Shown piece by piece: positions 10,283 through 18,389 of a stretch of 36,983 nucleotides of DNA. Both the position numbers and the translations under genes were made by a program. Numbering within the stretch: position 1 is the first letter of the stretch; each line of letters begins with the position of its first letter. Source of the stretch: an uncultured bacterium (GTDB taxonomy: Bacteria > CAIJMQ01 > JAADFP01 > CAZSGC01). The notes below the pieces were generated by a model, which was given only the letters and a program-made list of their open reading frames with translations, had not been told where the DNA came from and made no database searches. The stretch spans positions 1-36,983 of the forward strand of contig CAZSGC010000002.1 in assembly GCA_964606225.1 (NCBI GenBank), given 5' to 3'.

Positions 10283-11150
10283 TTCTTTCCCCCGCTCTCA
10301 ACTTTGCACTCCGAGAACGTGGGTTGATGGATACCTCTTCATCTGTGGGTCTGACTGGCTTAGGGGTGAGCACTTTTAGATATCCTTCTTTTGCTTTCTC
10401 TTTAAATATGTGCTTAACGATTCTATCTTCTAAGGAATGGTAAGAAATCACTACCACTCTTCCCCCTTTTTTCAGGAGAAGAGGCACCTTTCTTAAGGCA
10501 ATCTCTAAGGAAGTAAGTTCATCGTTTACCGCAATTCTTATGGCCTGAAAAGTTCGAGTAGCAGGATCTATCTTCCCACTCCTTCTTACCACTTTTCTTA
10601 TCAATTCTGCTAACTCCCGAGTAGTCTGGAGGGGCTTCTTCCTCCTTTCCTTCACCATTTTTCTCACTACTGCTTGGGCTCTTCTTTCCTCACCATAACT
10701 TTTGAGAATATCTATCAATTTCTGGGATGGCCAGAAATTTACAATCTGATAAGCAGTTAACTCAGCATCTTGGTCCATCCTCATATCCAGAGGTTCTTCC
10801 TTTTTAAAACTGAAACCTCTTCCGCTGGATTCCAAATGATATGAGGAAATACCCAGATCAAAGAGGAACCCATCTACTCTCTGTAACCCCTCCTTCTTTA
10901 AATAAATATCTATATCCCGAAAATTCCCCTTCCTTAAGGTTACTCTCTCCTGATAGGGAGCAAGATTCTTCCTGGCCTCTCCTAAAATTTCCTCATCCAT
11001 ATCCAACCCTAAAATTCGAATATGGGGGAATTTTTGAAGTAGAATTAAAGAATGCCCTCCCTCTCCAATGGTGCAATCTACATACACTCCTTCTTTTCTT
11101 TTTACTAACAGTTCCCCTACCTCCTCCCCCAAGACCGGGACATGAATCAT
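10272..11150 (-). CDS. rsmH: 16S rRNA (cytosine1402-N4)-methyltransferase RsmH (MraW)
   Basis: 292 aa. HVPVL, DCTIGEGGHS, FDLGISSYHL and ISYHSLEDRIVK motifs. Confidence 0.95.
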   Translation of the reverse strand: MIHVPVLGEEVGELLVKRKEGVYVDCTIGEGGHSLILLQKFPHIRILGLDMDEEILGEARKNLAPYQERVTLRKGNFRDIDIYLKKEGLQRVDGFLFDLGISSYHLESSGRGFSFKKEEPLDMRMDQDAELTAYQIVNFWPSQKLIDILKSYGEERRAQAVVRKMVKERRKKPLQTTRELAELIRKVVRRSGKIDPATRTFQAIRIAVNDELTSLEIALRKVPLLLKKGGRVVVISYHSLEDRIVKHIFKEKAKEGYLKVLTPKPVRPTDEEVSINPRSRSAKLRAGERIES

Positions 11151-11647
11151 ATACCAAACTCATCTAACCGGGAGGCAATATCCTCTACATTCCTATCCAC
11201 TTCTTTAAAATACTGACTCCATCTCTCCGATGCCCATATTTCGATACGATTAGAGACCCCTATAATTACTATCTCTTTCTCTATTCCTGCATACTCCTTT
11301 AAATTCTGAGGAATAGAAATTCTTCCCTGCCCATCTAATTCACACTCCATGGCCCCGGAAAAGAGATGACGCGTAAATTGACGAGCCTCCTTGGTAGTAA
11401 GGGGTAAAGTAGAAGCCTTCTCTTCCAGACTCTCCCATTCACTCTGCGGGAAAAGAAAGAGACAGCGATCCAGCCCCCGGGAAAGAATTAGTTTTTTCCC
11501 AAAAAAGGAAAGTTTCTCTCTTAATTTAGCAGGAACAAAGAATCTATTCTTCTCATCCAGTTGATGGAAATACTCTCCGTAAAATCCTACTCTTTTATTC
11601 CCCACTCTAATCCACTTTACACCACAATACCCCACTTGTAAACCCAA
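11147..11647 (-). CDS. mraZ: Transcriptional regulator MraZ (start codon uncertain)
   Basis: Two MraZ half-domains: LDEKNRFFVPAKLRE and LDGQGRISIPQNLKE. The TTG at 11645-11647 has a GAGGGAG-N5 Shine-Dalgarno. However, the first ~15 codons are made of phased GTGG repeats and MraZ homology starts near FYGEYFHQLD, so the in-frame GTG at 11603-11605 is an alternative start. Confidence 0.85.
   Translation of the reverse strand: MGLQVGYCGVKWIRVGNKRVGFYGEYFHQLDEKNRFFVPAKLREKLSFFGKKLILSRGLDRCLFLFPQSEWESLEEKASTLPLTTKEARQFTRHLFSGAMECELDGQGRISIPQNLKEYAGIEKEIVIIGVSNRIEIWASERWSQYFKEVDRNVEDIASRLDEFGI
11600..11635 (-). promoter_or_regulatory. Four direct GTGG(G/T/A) repeats at exact 10-bp spacing; candidate MraZ operator
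   Basis: The minus strand reads AAGTGGGGTA TTGTGGTGTA AAGTGGATTA GAGTGGGGAA. The GTG triplets start at 11635, 11625, 11615 and 11605. Confidence 0.5.
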
Positions 11648-11778
11648 TTTTTCTCCCTCACTTCTCCTTTGACTACAATATTTTGTGCAAATCTTTTTTA
11701 TTTCCCCTATAAAATGTGATATTTCTTTTTTCCGCCCTTTAGTTTTGGGGCGGGAAAAATTTCTAAATCTTCTTTAAC

Positions 11779-11808
11779 TTGCACCAAGGCAAAGGAAAGA
11801 ATTATAAT
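11779..11808 (+). promoter_or_regulatory. Putative sigma-70-type promoter of rpoN (TTGCAC-N18-TATAAT)
   Basis: TTGCAC at 11779-11784 and TATAAT at 11803-11808. The rpoN ATG follows at 11817 (a second ATG at 11829), implying a very short leader. Hexamer match only. Confidence 0.35.
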
Positions 11809-11816
11809 AGAGGGAA

Positions 11817-13178
11817 ATGGAAATAAGAATGGAACTCCTTCCTAAGCAGGTTCAGAAACTTCTACTTATCCCACAACTCCAGCAGGCTATGCAGGTTCTT
11901 CAACTCCCTACCATGGAACTCAGACAGTTTATTCAGAAAGAGTTACTGGAAAATCCTTTCTTGGAAGAGGTTAAGGAAGAAGAGAACCCTTCCTCTGAGG
12001 AGATAATGGAAGAATTCCTGGAGTTAGATGATAACTGGCAAGAGTATTTTCAGGCTACTCAGATGCGTAAGGAAGTGCCAGAGAGTAAAGATTTGATACA
12101 AACACTGGAGAGTCGTGAGCCATCCCTTCAGGAAATTCTCCTCAGGCAACTCCAAATGCAGGGATTAAAAGGTAAAGAGAAAGAAATTGGAGAGGTTATT
12201 ATAGCCAATATCAATGAAGATGGTTTCCTTACTGTGTCTTTGGAAGAGATCTCCAAACTCCTGCGAGTTCCTCCTAAGAAAGTGGAAAAGGTTCTCTCTC
12301 TTATTCAAACCTTTGACCCTCCTGGAGTAGGAGCCCGGGATTTAAAAGAATGCTTACTTTTACAGTTAAAAGAAAAAGGGGAAAAGGACCCTCTTATAGA
12401 AAAAATAATTTCTGAGTATCTGGAGGATGTAGGTAAGAGAAGATACTCCTATATTGCCCAGAAGTTAGGGGTGAAAGAAGAAAAAGTCAGGGAAGTAAGT
12501 CAGAAAATTGCCAGTCTGGAACCCCGACCGGGAAGAAAATACTCTTCCTTGAAGCCTTTCTTTATTGTTCCTGATGTGGTGGTTAAAAAAATCAACCATG
12601 AGTATCGAGTAATTTTAAATGATGATTTCTTACCTTCTCTCCGGATAAATCCTTATTACCGAAAAATTCTAAGAGAAGGTAAGAAAGAGGGAGGAGATTA
12701 TCAATTTCTCACCAGAAAGCTTAGAGATGCAGTATGGTTGATAAAGAATATTCAGGGAAGGCAGGAAATTGTAAGGAGAGTGGCTGAGTATATTGTGGAA
12801 CGTCAGAAAGAATTTCTGGAAAAAGGAGTGGAATATCTAAAACCCTTGACCCTTAAGGATGTAGCGGAGGCTTTAGGAGTTCATCCTTCCACAGTAAGCC
12901 GGGTGACCTCCCGCAAATTTATAGAAACTCCCCGGGGAATTTTCAAGATGAAATACTTCTTCAGTGGCTCTGCCAGAGGTGATAAAACTGAAGTCTCCAC
13001 CCGTTCCATCAAAGAGAGTATAAGGCAAATCATAGAAAGTGAAGACCCTGCTCATCCTTTTAGTGATGAAGAAATAGCCTCTCTACTCTGGCAGAAAGGA
13101 TTCAAAATTGCCCGGCGTACAGTAGCTAAATATCGGGAAGAGTTAGGAATCCTGCCTTCCCGTTTACGTAGAAGTTAG
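11817..13178 (+). CDS. rpoN: RNA polymerase sigma-54 factor RpoN
   Basis: 453 aa. Region I is Gln/Leu-rich (LLLIPQLQQAMQVLQLPTMEL), followed by an acidic region II. Has an HTH (LTLKDVAEALGVHPSTVSR) and the RpoN box ARRTVAKYREELGI. Confidence 0.95.
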   Translation: MEIRMELLPKQVQKLLLIPQLQQAMQVLQLPTMELRQFIQKELLENPFLEEVKEEENPSSEEIMEEFLELDDNWQEYFQATQMRKEVPESKDLIQTLESREPSLQEILLRQLQMQGLKGKEKEIGEVIIANINEDGFLTVSLEEISKLLRVPPKKVEKVLSLIQTFDPPGVGARDLKECLLLQLKEKGEKDPLIEKIISEYLEDVGKRRYSYIAQKLGVKEEKVREVSQKIASLEPRPGRKYSSLKPFFIVPDVVVKKINHEYRVILNDDFLPSLRINPYYRKILREGKKEGGDYQFLTRKLRDAVWLIKNIQGRQEIVRRVAEYIVERQKEFLEKGVEYLKPLTLKDVAEALGVHPSTVSRVTSRKFIETPRGIFKMKYFFSGSARGDKTEVSTRSIKESIRQIIESEDPAHPFSDEEIASLLWQKGFKIARRTVAKYREELGILPSRLRRS

Positions 13179-13181
13179 TTT

Positions 13182-14219
13182 TTATTCCAGTAATTCCTTA
13201 AATTCGGCAAAAAGTTTTGAGGGAACCTGCTTTAATCTCCCTACTGCCTCTTCTAAGGTTACCGCTACAATCTCTGTTCCTCTTAAAGCAGGCATCTGTC
13301 CAAACTTCTCTTCTTTAACCAGTTCTATGGCTTTCAAACCTAAGCGGGTAGCCAAAATCCGGTCAAAGGCAGAGGGTCTCCCTCCCCTCTGAAGATGACC
13401 CAAAATTACGGAACGAGTCTCCGCACCTGTCCTCTTCTCAATCTCTTTCTCCAGGGCTTTAGCAATACCTCCTAAGCGGATATGTCCAAAGGCATCCGTA
13501 CCTTCCGCCTGAGTAACAAACTTTTCCCCTTCCTTGGGTACTGCTCCCTCGGCCACAGCAATAATAGTATAGAGTTTGCCCACCTCCATTCTCTTTCTAA
13601 CAAATTTACAGATTTCCTCCAAATCAAAGGGTTCTTCAGGAATAATTATAAGATGAGCACCTCCAGAGAATCCCCCGTAGAGAGTTATCCATCCTGCATG
13701 CCTTCCCATAATCTCCACAACCAGAACCCGATGATGTGACTTGGCTGTGGTATGTAAACGGTCAAGACATTCGGTTACTATATTAATAGCAGTATCAAAA
13801 CCAAAGGTATAATCGGTAGCGGAGAGGTCATTATCGATGGTTTTGGGTACTCCCACAACTTTTAAACCCTGCTTATATAATTTTAGAGCCACTCCTAAGG
13901 TATCTTCTCCCCCCACCGCAATGAGAGCATCAAGATTCATGCTCCTCATATTATCCAAGATTTTCTCCGGGCCATTCTCCACTTTAAAAGGATTGGTACG
14001 GGAAGTCCCTATAATGGTACCCCCTTCTCTTTGAATATCCTCCACATCTTCCGGAGTAAGAACCTGAGCATCTTCTTCCAGTAGTCCTCTCCATCCATCT
14101 TTAATCCCTATTACTTGATATCCATACTTATAACCCCTCTTTACCACTGCCCAAATTACTGCATTAAGTCCAGGAGCATCTCCTCCTCCGGTAAGAATTC
14201 CTACTCTCTTCATTTCCAC
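13182..14219 (-). CDS. pfkA: 6-phosphofructokinase (PfkA family; phosphoryl donor unresolved)
   Basis: 345 aa. GILTGGGDAPGLNAVI, GGEDTLG, GVPKTIDNDL, MGRHAGW and GHLQRGG motifs. Confidence 0.9.
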   Translation of the reverse strand: MEMKRVGILTGGGDAPGLNAVIWAVVKRGYKYGYQVIGIKDGWRGLLEEDAQVLTPEDVEDIQREGGTIIGTSRTNPFKVENGPEKILDNMRSMNLDALIAVGGEDTLGVALKLYKQGLKVVGVPKTIDNDLSATDYTFGFDTAINIVTECLDRLHTTAKSHHRVLVVEIMGRHAGWITLYGGFSGGAHLIIIPEEPFDLEEICKFVRKRMEVGKLYTIIAVAEGAVPKEGEKFVTQAEGTDAFGHIRLGGIAKALEKEIEKRTGAETRSVILGHLQRGGRPSAFDRILATRLGLKAIELVKEEKFGQMPALRGTEIVAVTLEEAVGRLKQVPSKLFAEFKELLE

Positions 14220-15400
14220 CCTCCCAGTTCTTTAACTTTATCCAAAATTAAATGAGCCAATTCTTTCTTACTTATAAGAGGGAACTCCTCTATTTTACCA
14301 TACTTGGTTATCAAAAATCCTCGATTGGTATCTGCTTCAAACCCAGATATGCCTTTCTCTATTAAGTTTGCCACTATAAGGTCCAGATTCTTCTCTTTTA
14401 GTTTCTTCTTTGCTCTATCTATCTCTTTCTCTGTCTCTGCAGAAAACCCTACCACTACTTTCCCCTCTTTCTTGGAAGATAAACTTTTTAAGATGTCTGG
14501 ATTCCTCACCAAGTGAATAGAAAAACCTTTCTTTTCTTTAATTTTTCCCTCCTCTCTCTTAGCAGGTCGCCAGTCACATACCGCCGCAGACATAAGGAGA
14601 GCATCACAGGAAGGAAATCTCTTTTCCACCTCTTTCTTCATCTCTAAGGCTGTCTCCACCTCTATAGTCTCTACTGGTAAAGGTTCCAGAAGAGTAGGAG
14701 TAGTGATGAGAATTACCCTTGCACCTCTCTCCCAAGCAGCAGAGGCCAGAGCATAACCCATTTTCCCTGAAGAAGGATTAGTAAGGTAGCGAAAAGAATC
14801 AAGATATTCTCGAGTACCTCCTGCAGTAACCAGAATAGTTTTTCCTTCCAAATCTTTCCTTACCTTCTTCACCTTCTCCACCGCTTCTATAATCTTTTCT
14901 AAATCTGCCAACCTTCCCTTCCCCTTCCTGCCACTGGCTAATTCTCCTTCCTCCGGTCCCACAAAAATTACCCCTCTTTTTTTTAGTTTGTCCACATTTT
15001 CTTTCACCACCGGATTCTCCCACATTTGGGCATCCATAGCTGGTGCTACTACTATAGGACCAGGGAAACTTAAGCAGAGGGTACTCAGGAGGTCATCAGC
15101 AATTCCGGAAGCCATCTTCCCAATGATATTTGCGGTAGCCGGAGCAATAAGAAAAACCTCCCCCCACTCACAGAGTCTGATATGAAGAAGTTCCTCTCTC
15201 TGGGTAGAGGAGAGAAGTTCAGTATATACCGGATGCCCGGAAAGGGTTTGAAAAGTTTGAGGATGGATAAAAGAAAGAGCATGGTGGGTCATTACTACCT
15301 TTACCTCATAATTCTTTTTTACAAATCTTCTTACTAACTCACAGGCTTTATAGCAGGCTATACTCCCTGTAATCCCTAAGAGAATTTTCCCTTTCATCAA
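14210..15400 (-). CDS. coaBC: Bifunctional phosphopantothenoylcysteine decarboxylase / phosphopantothenate-cysteine ligase CoaBC
   Basis: 396 aa. N-terminal flavoprotein domain (LLGITGSIACYKA, PAMDAQMW) and C-terminal CoaB domain (TAGGTREYLD, NPSSGKMG, AAVCDWRP). Confidence 0.9.
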   Translation of the reverse strand: MMKGKILLGITGSIACYKACELVRRFVKKNYEVKVVMTHHALSFIHPQTFQTLSGHPVYTELLSSTQREELLHIRLCEWGEVFLIAPATANIIGKMASGIADDLLSTLCLSFPGPIVVAPAMDAQMWENPVVKENVDKLKKRGVIFVGPEEGELASGRKGKGRLADLEKIIEAVEKVKKVRKDLEGKTILVTAGGTREYLDSFRYLTNPSSGKMGYALASAAWERGARVILITTPTLLEPLPVETIEVETALEMKKEVEKRFPSCDALLMSAAVCDWRPAKREEGKIKEKKGFSIHLVRNPDILKSLSSKKEGKVVVGFSAETEKEIDRAKKKLKEKNLDLIVANLIEKGISGFEADTNRGFLITKYGKIEEFPLISKKELAHLILDKVKELGGWK

Positions 15401-15609
15401 GTCTCTTCTTTCTCCTCCTTTTCCTTGGGAGCAATTTTGCCTTCCTCAAGTTCTTTAAGCACCACTTTTAAAAGATTCTCTTCTTTTCTTTCTCCCGGGG
15501 TGGAGAGAGTAGCCAGTTCTCTGGCTCTCTTACCCAACAAATTAACCATCACAAAAACATTGGGTACCCGTTTCTTCAAAACTTCTACCGAAGGTTTTGG
15601 CATATCCAT
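15397..15609 (-). CDS. rpoZ: DNA-directed RNA polymerase omega subunit RpoZ
   Basis: 70 aa. NVFVMVNLLGKRARELA matches the conserved omega core. It lies directly upstream of coaBC with an ATGA overlap. Confidence 0.75.
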   Translation of the reverse strand: MDMPKPSVEVLKKRVPNVFVMVNLLGKRARELATLSTPGERKEENLLKVVLKELEEGKIAPKEKEEKEET

Positions 15610-15610
15610 T

Positions 15611-18259
15611 TTAACCTTTAATTATCTTAAGGTTCTCCAGAATCCTTTCCCGTTTTTCATCCAACTCCTCCATCTCTTTCTGGTATCTTTCTACCACCTC
15701 CGCAGGAGCCTTAGAAAGGAAATCATGATTCTTTAACTTCCTCTCCACCCTCTCCCTTCTTGCCTCCAGATTTAGCAACTCCTTCATCAGTCGCTCTTCT
15801 TCTACCCTTAAATCTACCGATTCCAAACTCAGGAATATAATTGTACCTGTGTCTGTAATATAGCGAGTACAGGGTGTGGAAATCTCTCCTTTAGGGCCAA
15901 TTATGACCTTCCCTGCACGGGTCAGGTGAAGAATGCTTTCTCTCTCCTCCTCTAAAACTTCACTTTCCCTCTCTTTTAAAGGTTTAATATAAAAGGTGGG
16001 ACGATGGTTAGGAGGTATACGCCATTCTGAACGTAATGACCTGCATCCTGAGATAACCTCAAACTTCCACCTTTCTTCTTCCTCTACCGTAGGATCTCTT
16101 AATCCCATAGGTTCTGGCCAAGAAGCGATAGCAATGGAAGGAGGAGAATGGGGAAGGAAGCCTCGCAATTTCTGCCATATTTCTTCGGTTATAAAAGGCA
16201 TAAAGGGATGAAGAAGCCTTAGACTGGTCTCCAATACTTTAAAATTTACCATTTGAGCCACCTTTTTATCCCCCTCTTTCCCCTTTAACCTTATCTTGCT
16301 TAACTCCACATACCAATCACAGTATTCATGCCAGAAGAAATTATAAAGTAGCATTCCACAGTCGCTGAACTGAAAGTTCTCCAGTAAATTGGTAGATGTC
16401 TCTATCACCCCATCCAATCGGGAAAGTATATAACGGTCATCCCTATTAAGTGGAAGGTCGGTTAGATTTTCTGAAAAGGAGAAATCCTCACTTAGATGCA
16501 TGAGCACAAAGCGGGAAGCATTCCAGATTTTGTTGGCAAAATTTCGCATACCTTCAAATCTATCCAAGGAAAAGAAAATATCCTGTCCTGCTCCTGTGTT
16601 AAGTTGAGCCAGTGCCATCCGTAGAGCATCACATCCAAATCTTTTTATTAACTTAGAAGGTTCCACCACATTTCCTAAAGATTTAGACATCTTTCTCCCT
16701 TGAGAATCTCTCACAATAGGATGTACATACACATACTGGAAAGGAATATCTTTACCAAATTTTAATCCCAGCATTATCATGCGGGCTACCCAGAAAAAAA
16801 TTATCTCGTAACCAGTAACCAATGTAGAAGTGGGATAGAAATACTTAAAATCTGGGGTGCTTTCCGGCCATCCTAAGGTAGAGAGTGGCCACAGACCCGA
16901 AGAAAACCAGGTATCCAAAACATCCGTCTCCTGCTCCAGATTTTTGCTCTTACACTTCTCACAGGTAGAAGGAGTTTTCTCATCAACATTCATATGTCCG
17001 CAATCCTTACAGTACCAGACTGGGATTCGATGTCCCCACCATATCTGGCGGGAAATACACCAATCCTGGACTTTCTCCATCCAATCTAAGTACACCTTTT
17101 TCCAGCGGGAAGGCACAAATTTTATCCGATCTTTCTTCACCATTTTAATGGCAGGCTTGACAAGTTCTTTTATCCTTATAAACCACTGAGGAGAAATATA
17201 AGGCTCTATTATAGTCCCGCATCTATAGCAGTGTCCCACCGCGTGGGTATAATCCTCAACCTTCAAAAGATAACCTTCCTTTCTTAAATCTCTAAGGATA
17301 ACTTCTCGAGCTTTAAATCTCTCCAGCCCTTGGTATTTTCCAGCATTTTCGTTCATTATTCCCTTTTTATCCATTATCACCAGGAAAGGAAGTCCATGTT
17401 TCTTACCTATCTCAAAATCTACTGGGTCATGAGCAGGAGTTATCTTCACTACCCCTGTCCCAAAGTTAGGGTCTACTCGCTCATCTTGAATAATCGGAAG
17501 AACTCTTCCCACCAGAGGGAGAATAGCCTCTTTCCCTTCCAGTCTATGATATCTTTTATCCTCAGGATGGACAGCCACAGCAGTATCTCCCAGCATGGTC
17601 TCTGGTCGGGTGGTGACTACAGTGATTTCTCCTCCGCCTCTCAAAGGATAATTGATATGGTAAAGATGAGAAGAAATTTCTTCATGTTCCACTTCCACAT
17701 CAGAAAGAGCAGTTTCACAGCGTGGGCACCAGTTAACCATGTAATTGTCCCTATAGATTAGTCCTTCCCGGAAAAGTTCTACAAAGGCTTTCCTCACTGC
17801 TCGGGCTCTTTTTTCATCCATAGTAAAGGCAAATCTTGACCAGTCACAGGAAGCACCCAGTTCCTTTAATTGCTGAATAATCAGCCTCTCATACTCTTCT
17901 TTCCATTCCCACATTTTTTGAATAAACTTCTCCCTCCCCAAATCCTCTTTTCTCAATCCTTCCTTAGCCAATTCCCTCTCCACTACATTCTGAGCCGCAA
18001 TTCCTGCATGGTCACATCCAGGTATCCAAAGAGCCTGGAATCCTTGCATTCTCTTAAATCTTATAAGAATATCCTGCAGAGTCTCATCCAAAGCATGTCC
18101 AAGATGAAGAGCGCCTGTAATATTAGGAGGAGGAATTACTATACAGTAAGGCTTTTTATCCTTATCTATTCTTGCTTCAAAAATTCCCTTCTCTTCCCAG
18201 AGAGAATAGCACTTTTTCTCTATCTGGGAAGGCTCAAATTGAGGAGGAAGGGTCTCCAT
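15611..18259 (-). CDS. valS: Valine--tRNA ligase ValS
   Basis: HIGH region PPPNITGALHLGHAL, KMSKS motif KMSKSLGN, and a C-terminal coiled coil. The track ORF starts at 18283. I prefer the ATG at 18257-18259 (METLPPQFEPSQIEKKCYSLWEEKGIF), which fits typical ValRS N-termini and lies just downstream of a near-consensus promoter. Confidence 0.93.
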   Translation of the reverse strand: METLPPQFEPSQIEKKCYSLWEEKGIFEARIDKDKKPYCIVIPPPNITGALHLGHALDETLQDILIRFKRMQGFQALWIPGCDHAGIAAQNVVERELAKEGLRKEDLGREKFIQKMWEWKEEYERLIIQQLKELGASCDWSRFAFTMDEKRARAVRKAFVELFREGLIYRDNYMVNWCPRCETALSDVEVEHEEISSHLYHINYPLRGGGEITVVTTRPETMLGDTAVAVHPEDKRYHRLEGKEAILPLVGRVLPIIQDERVDPNFGTGVVKITPAHDPVDFEIGKKHGLPFLVIMDKKGIMNENAGKYQGLERFKAREVILRDLRKEGYLLKVEDYTHAVGHCYRCGTIIEPYISPQWFIRIKELVKPAIKMVKKDRIKFVPSRWKKVYLDWMEKVQDWCISRQIWWGHRIPVWYCKDCGHMNVDEKTPSTCEKCKSKNLEQETDVLDTWFSSGLWPLSTLGWPESTPDFKYFYPTSTLVTGYEIIFFWVARMIMLGLKFGKDIPFQYVYVHPIVRDSQGRKMSKSLGNVVEPSKLIKRFGCDALRMALAQLNTGAGQDIFFSLDRFEGMRNFANKIWNASRFVLMHLSEDFSFSENLTDLPLNRDDRYILSRLDGVIETSTNLLENFQFSDCGMLLYNFFWHEYCDWYVELSKIRLKGKEGDKKVAQMVNFKVLETSLRLLHPFMPFITEEIWQKLRGFLPHSPPSIAIASWPEPMGLRDPTVEEEERWKFEVISGCRSLRSEWRIPPNHRPTFYIKPLKERESEVLEEERESILHLTRAGKVIIGPKGEISTPCTRYITDTGTIIFLSLESVDLRVEEERLMKELLNLEARRERVERKLKNHDFLSKAPAEVVERYQKEMEELDEKRERILENLKIIKG

Positions 18260-18271
18260 ATACAGGCGGTA

Positions 18272-18300
18272 TTTATACAACATCTGAGAAAGAAAGTCAA
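18272..18300 (-). promoter_or_regulatory. Putative sigma-70-type promoter of the valS operon (TTGACT-N17-TATAAA)
   Basis: On the minus strand, TTGACT is at 18300-18295 and TATAAA at 18277-18272, with a 17-nt spacer. The -10 ends 12 nt before the ATG at 18259, implying a leader of only a few nucleotides. Confidence 0.4.
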
Positions 18301-18320
18301 ATATTTTTAGTAAACTACCC

Positions 18321-18349
18321 TTGACCAGTAAAACTTTTACTGATATTCT
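18321..18349 (+). promoter_or_regulatory. Putative dnaJ promoter with a 17-bp palindrome in the spacer
   Basis: TTGACC at 18321-18326 and TATTCT at 18344-18349. The perfect inverted repeat CAGTAAAA-C-TTTTACTG spans 18326-18342, and a further AGTAAAC half-site lies at 18309-18315. Confidence 0.35.
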
Positions 18350-18389
18350 TTATAGTTGAAAAACTTCTACGAATAATTGAGCAGTAAAT

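Noticed and set aside
11726-11759. 12-bp inverted repeat TTTTTTCCGCCC-N10-GGGCGGGAAAAA in the mraZ/rpoN divergent region, considered as an intrinsic terminator.
   Set aside because: On both strands the hairpin is followed by an A-run, not a U-run, and no gene ends here because both flanking genes diverge. It may be a protein-binding site, but I have no support for a function.
18284-18389. CIRCE or HAIR heat-shock operators upstream of dnaJ, and a T-box leader upstream of valS.
   Set aside because: No match to TTAGCACTC-N9-GAGTGCTAA or CTTGAGT-N7-ACTCAAG. The intergenic region (about 100-130 nt) is too short for a T-box riboswitch and lacks a terminator/antiterminator.
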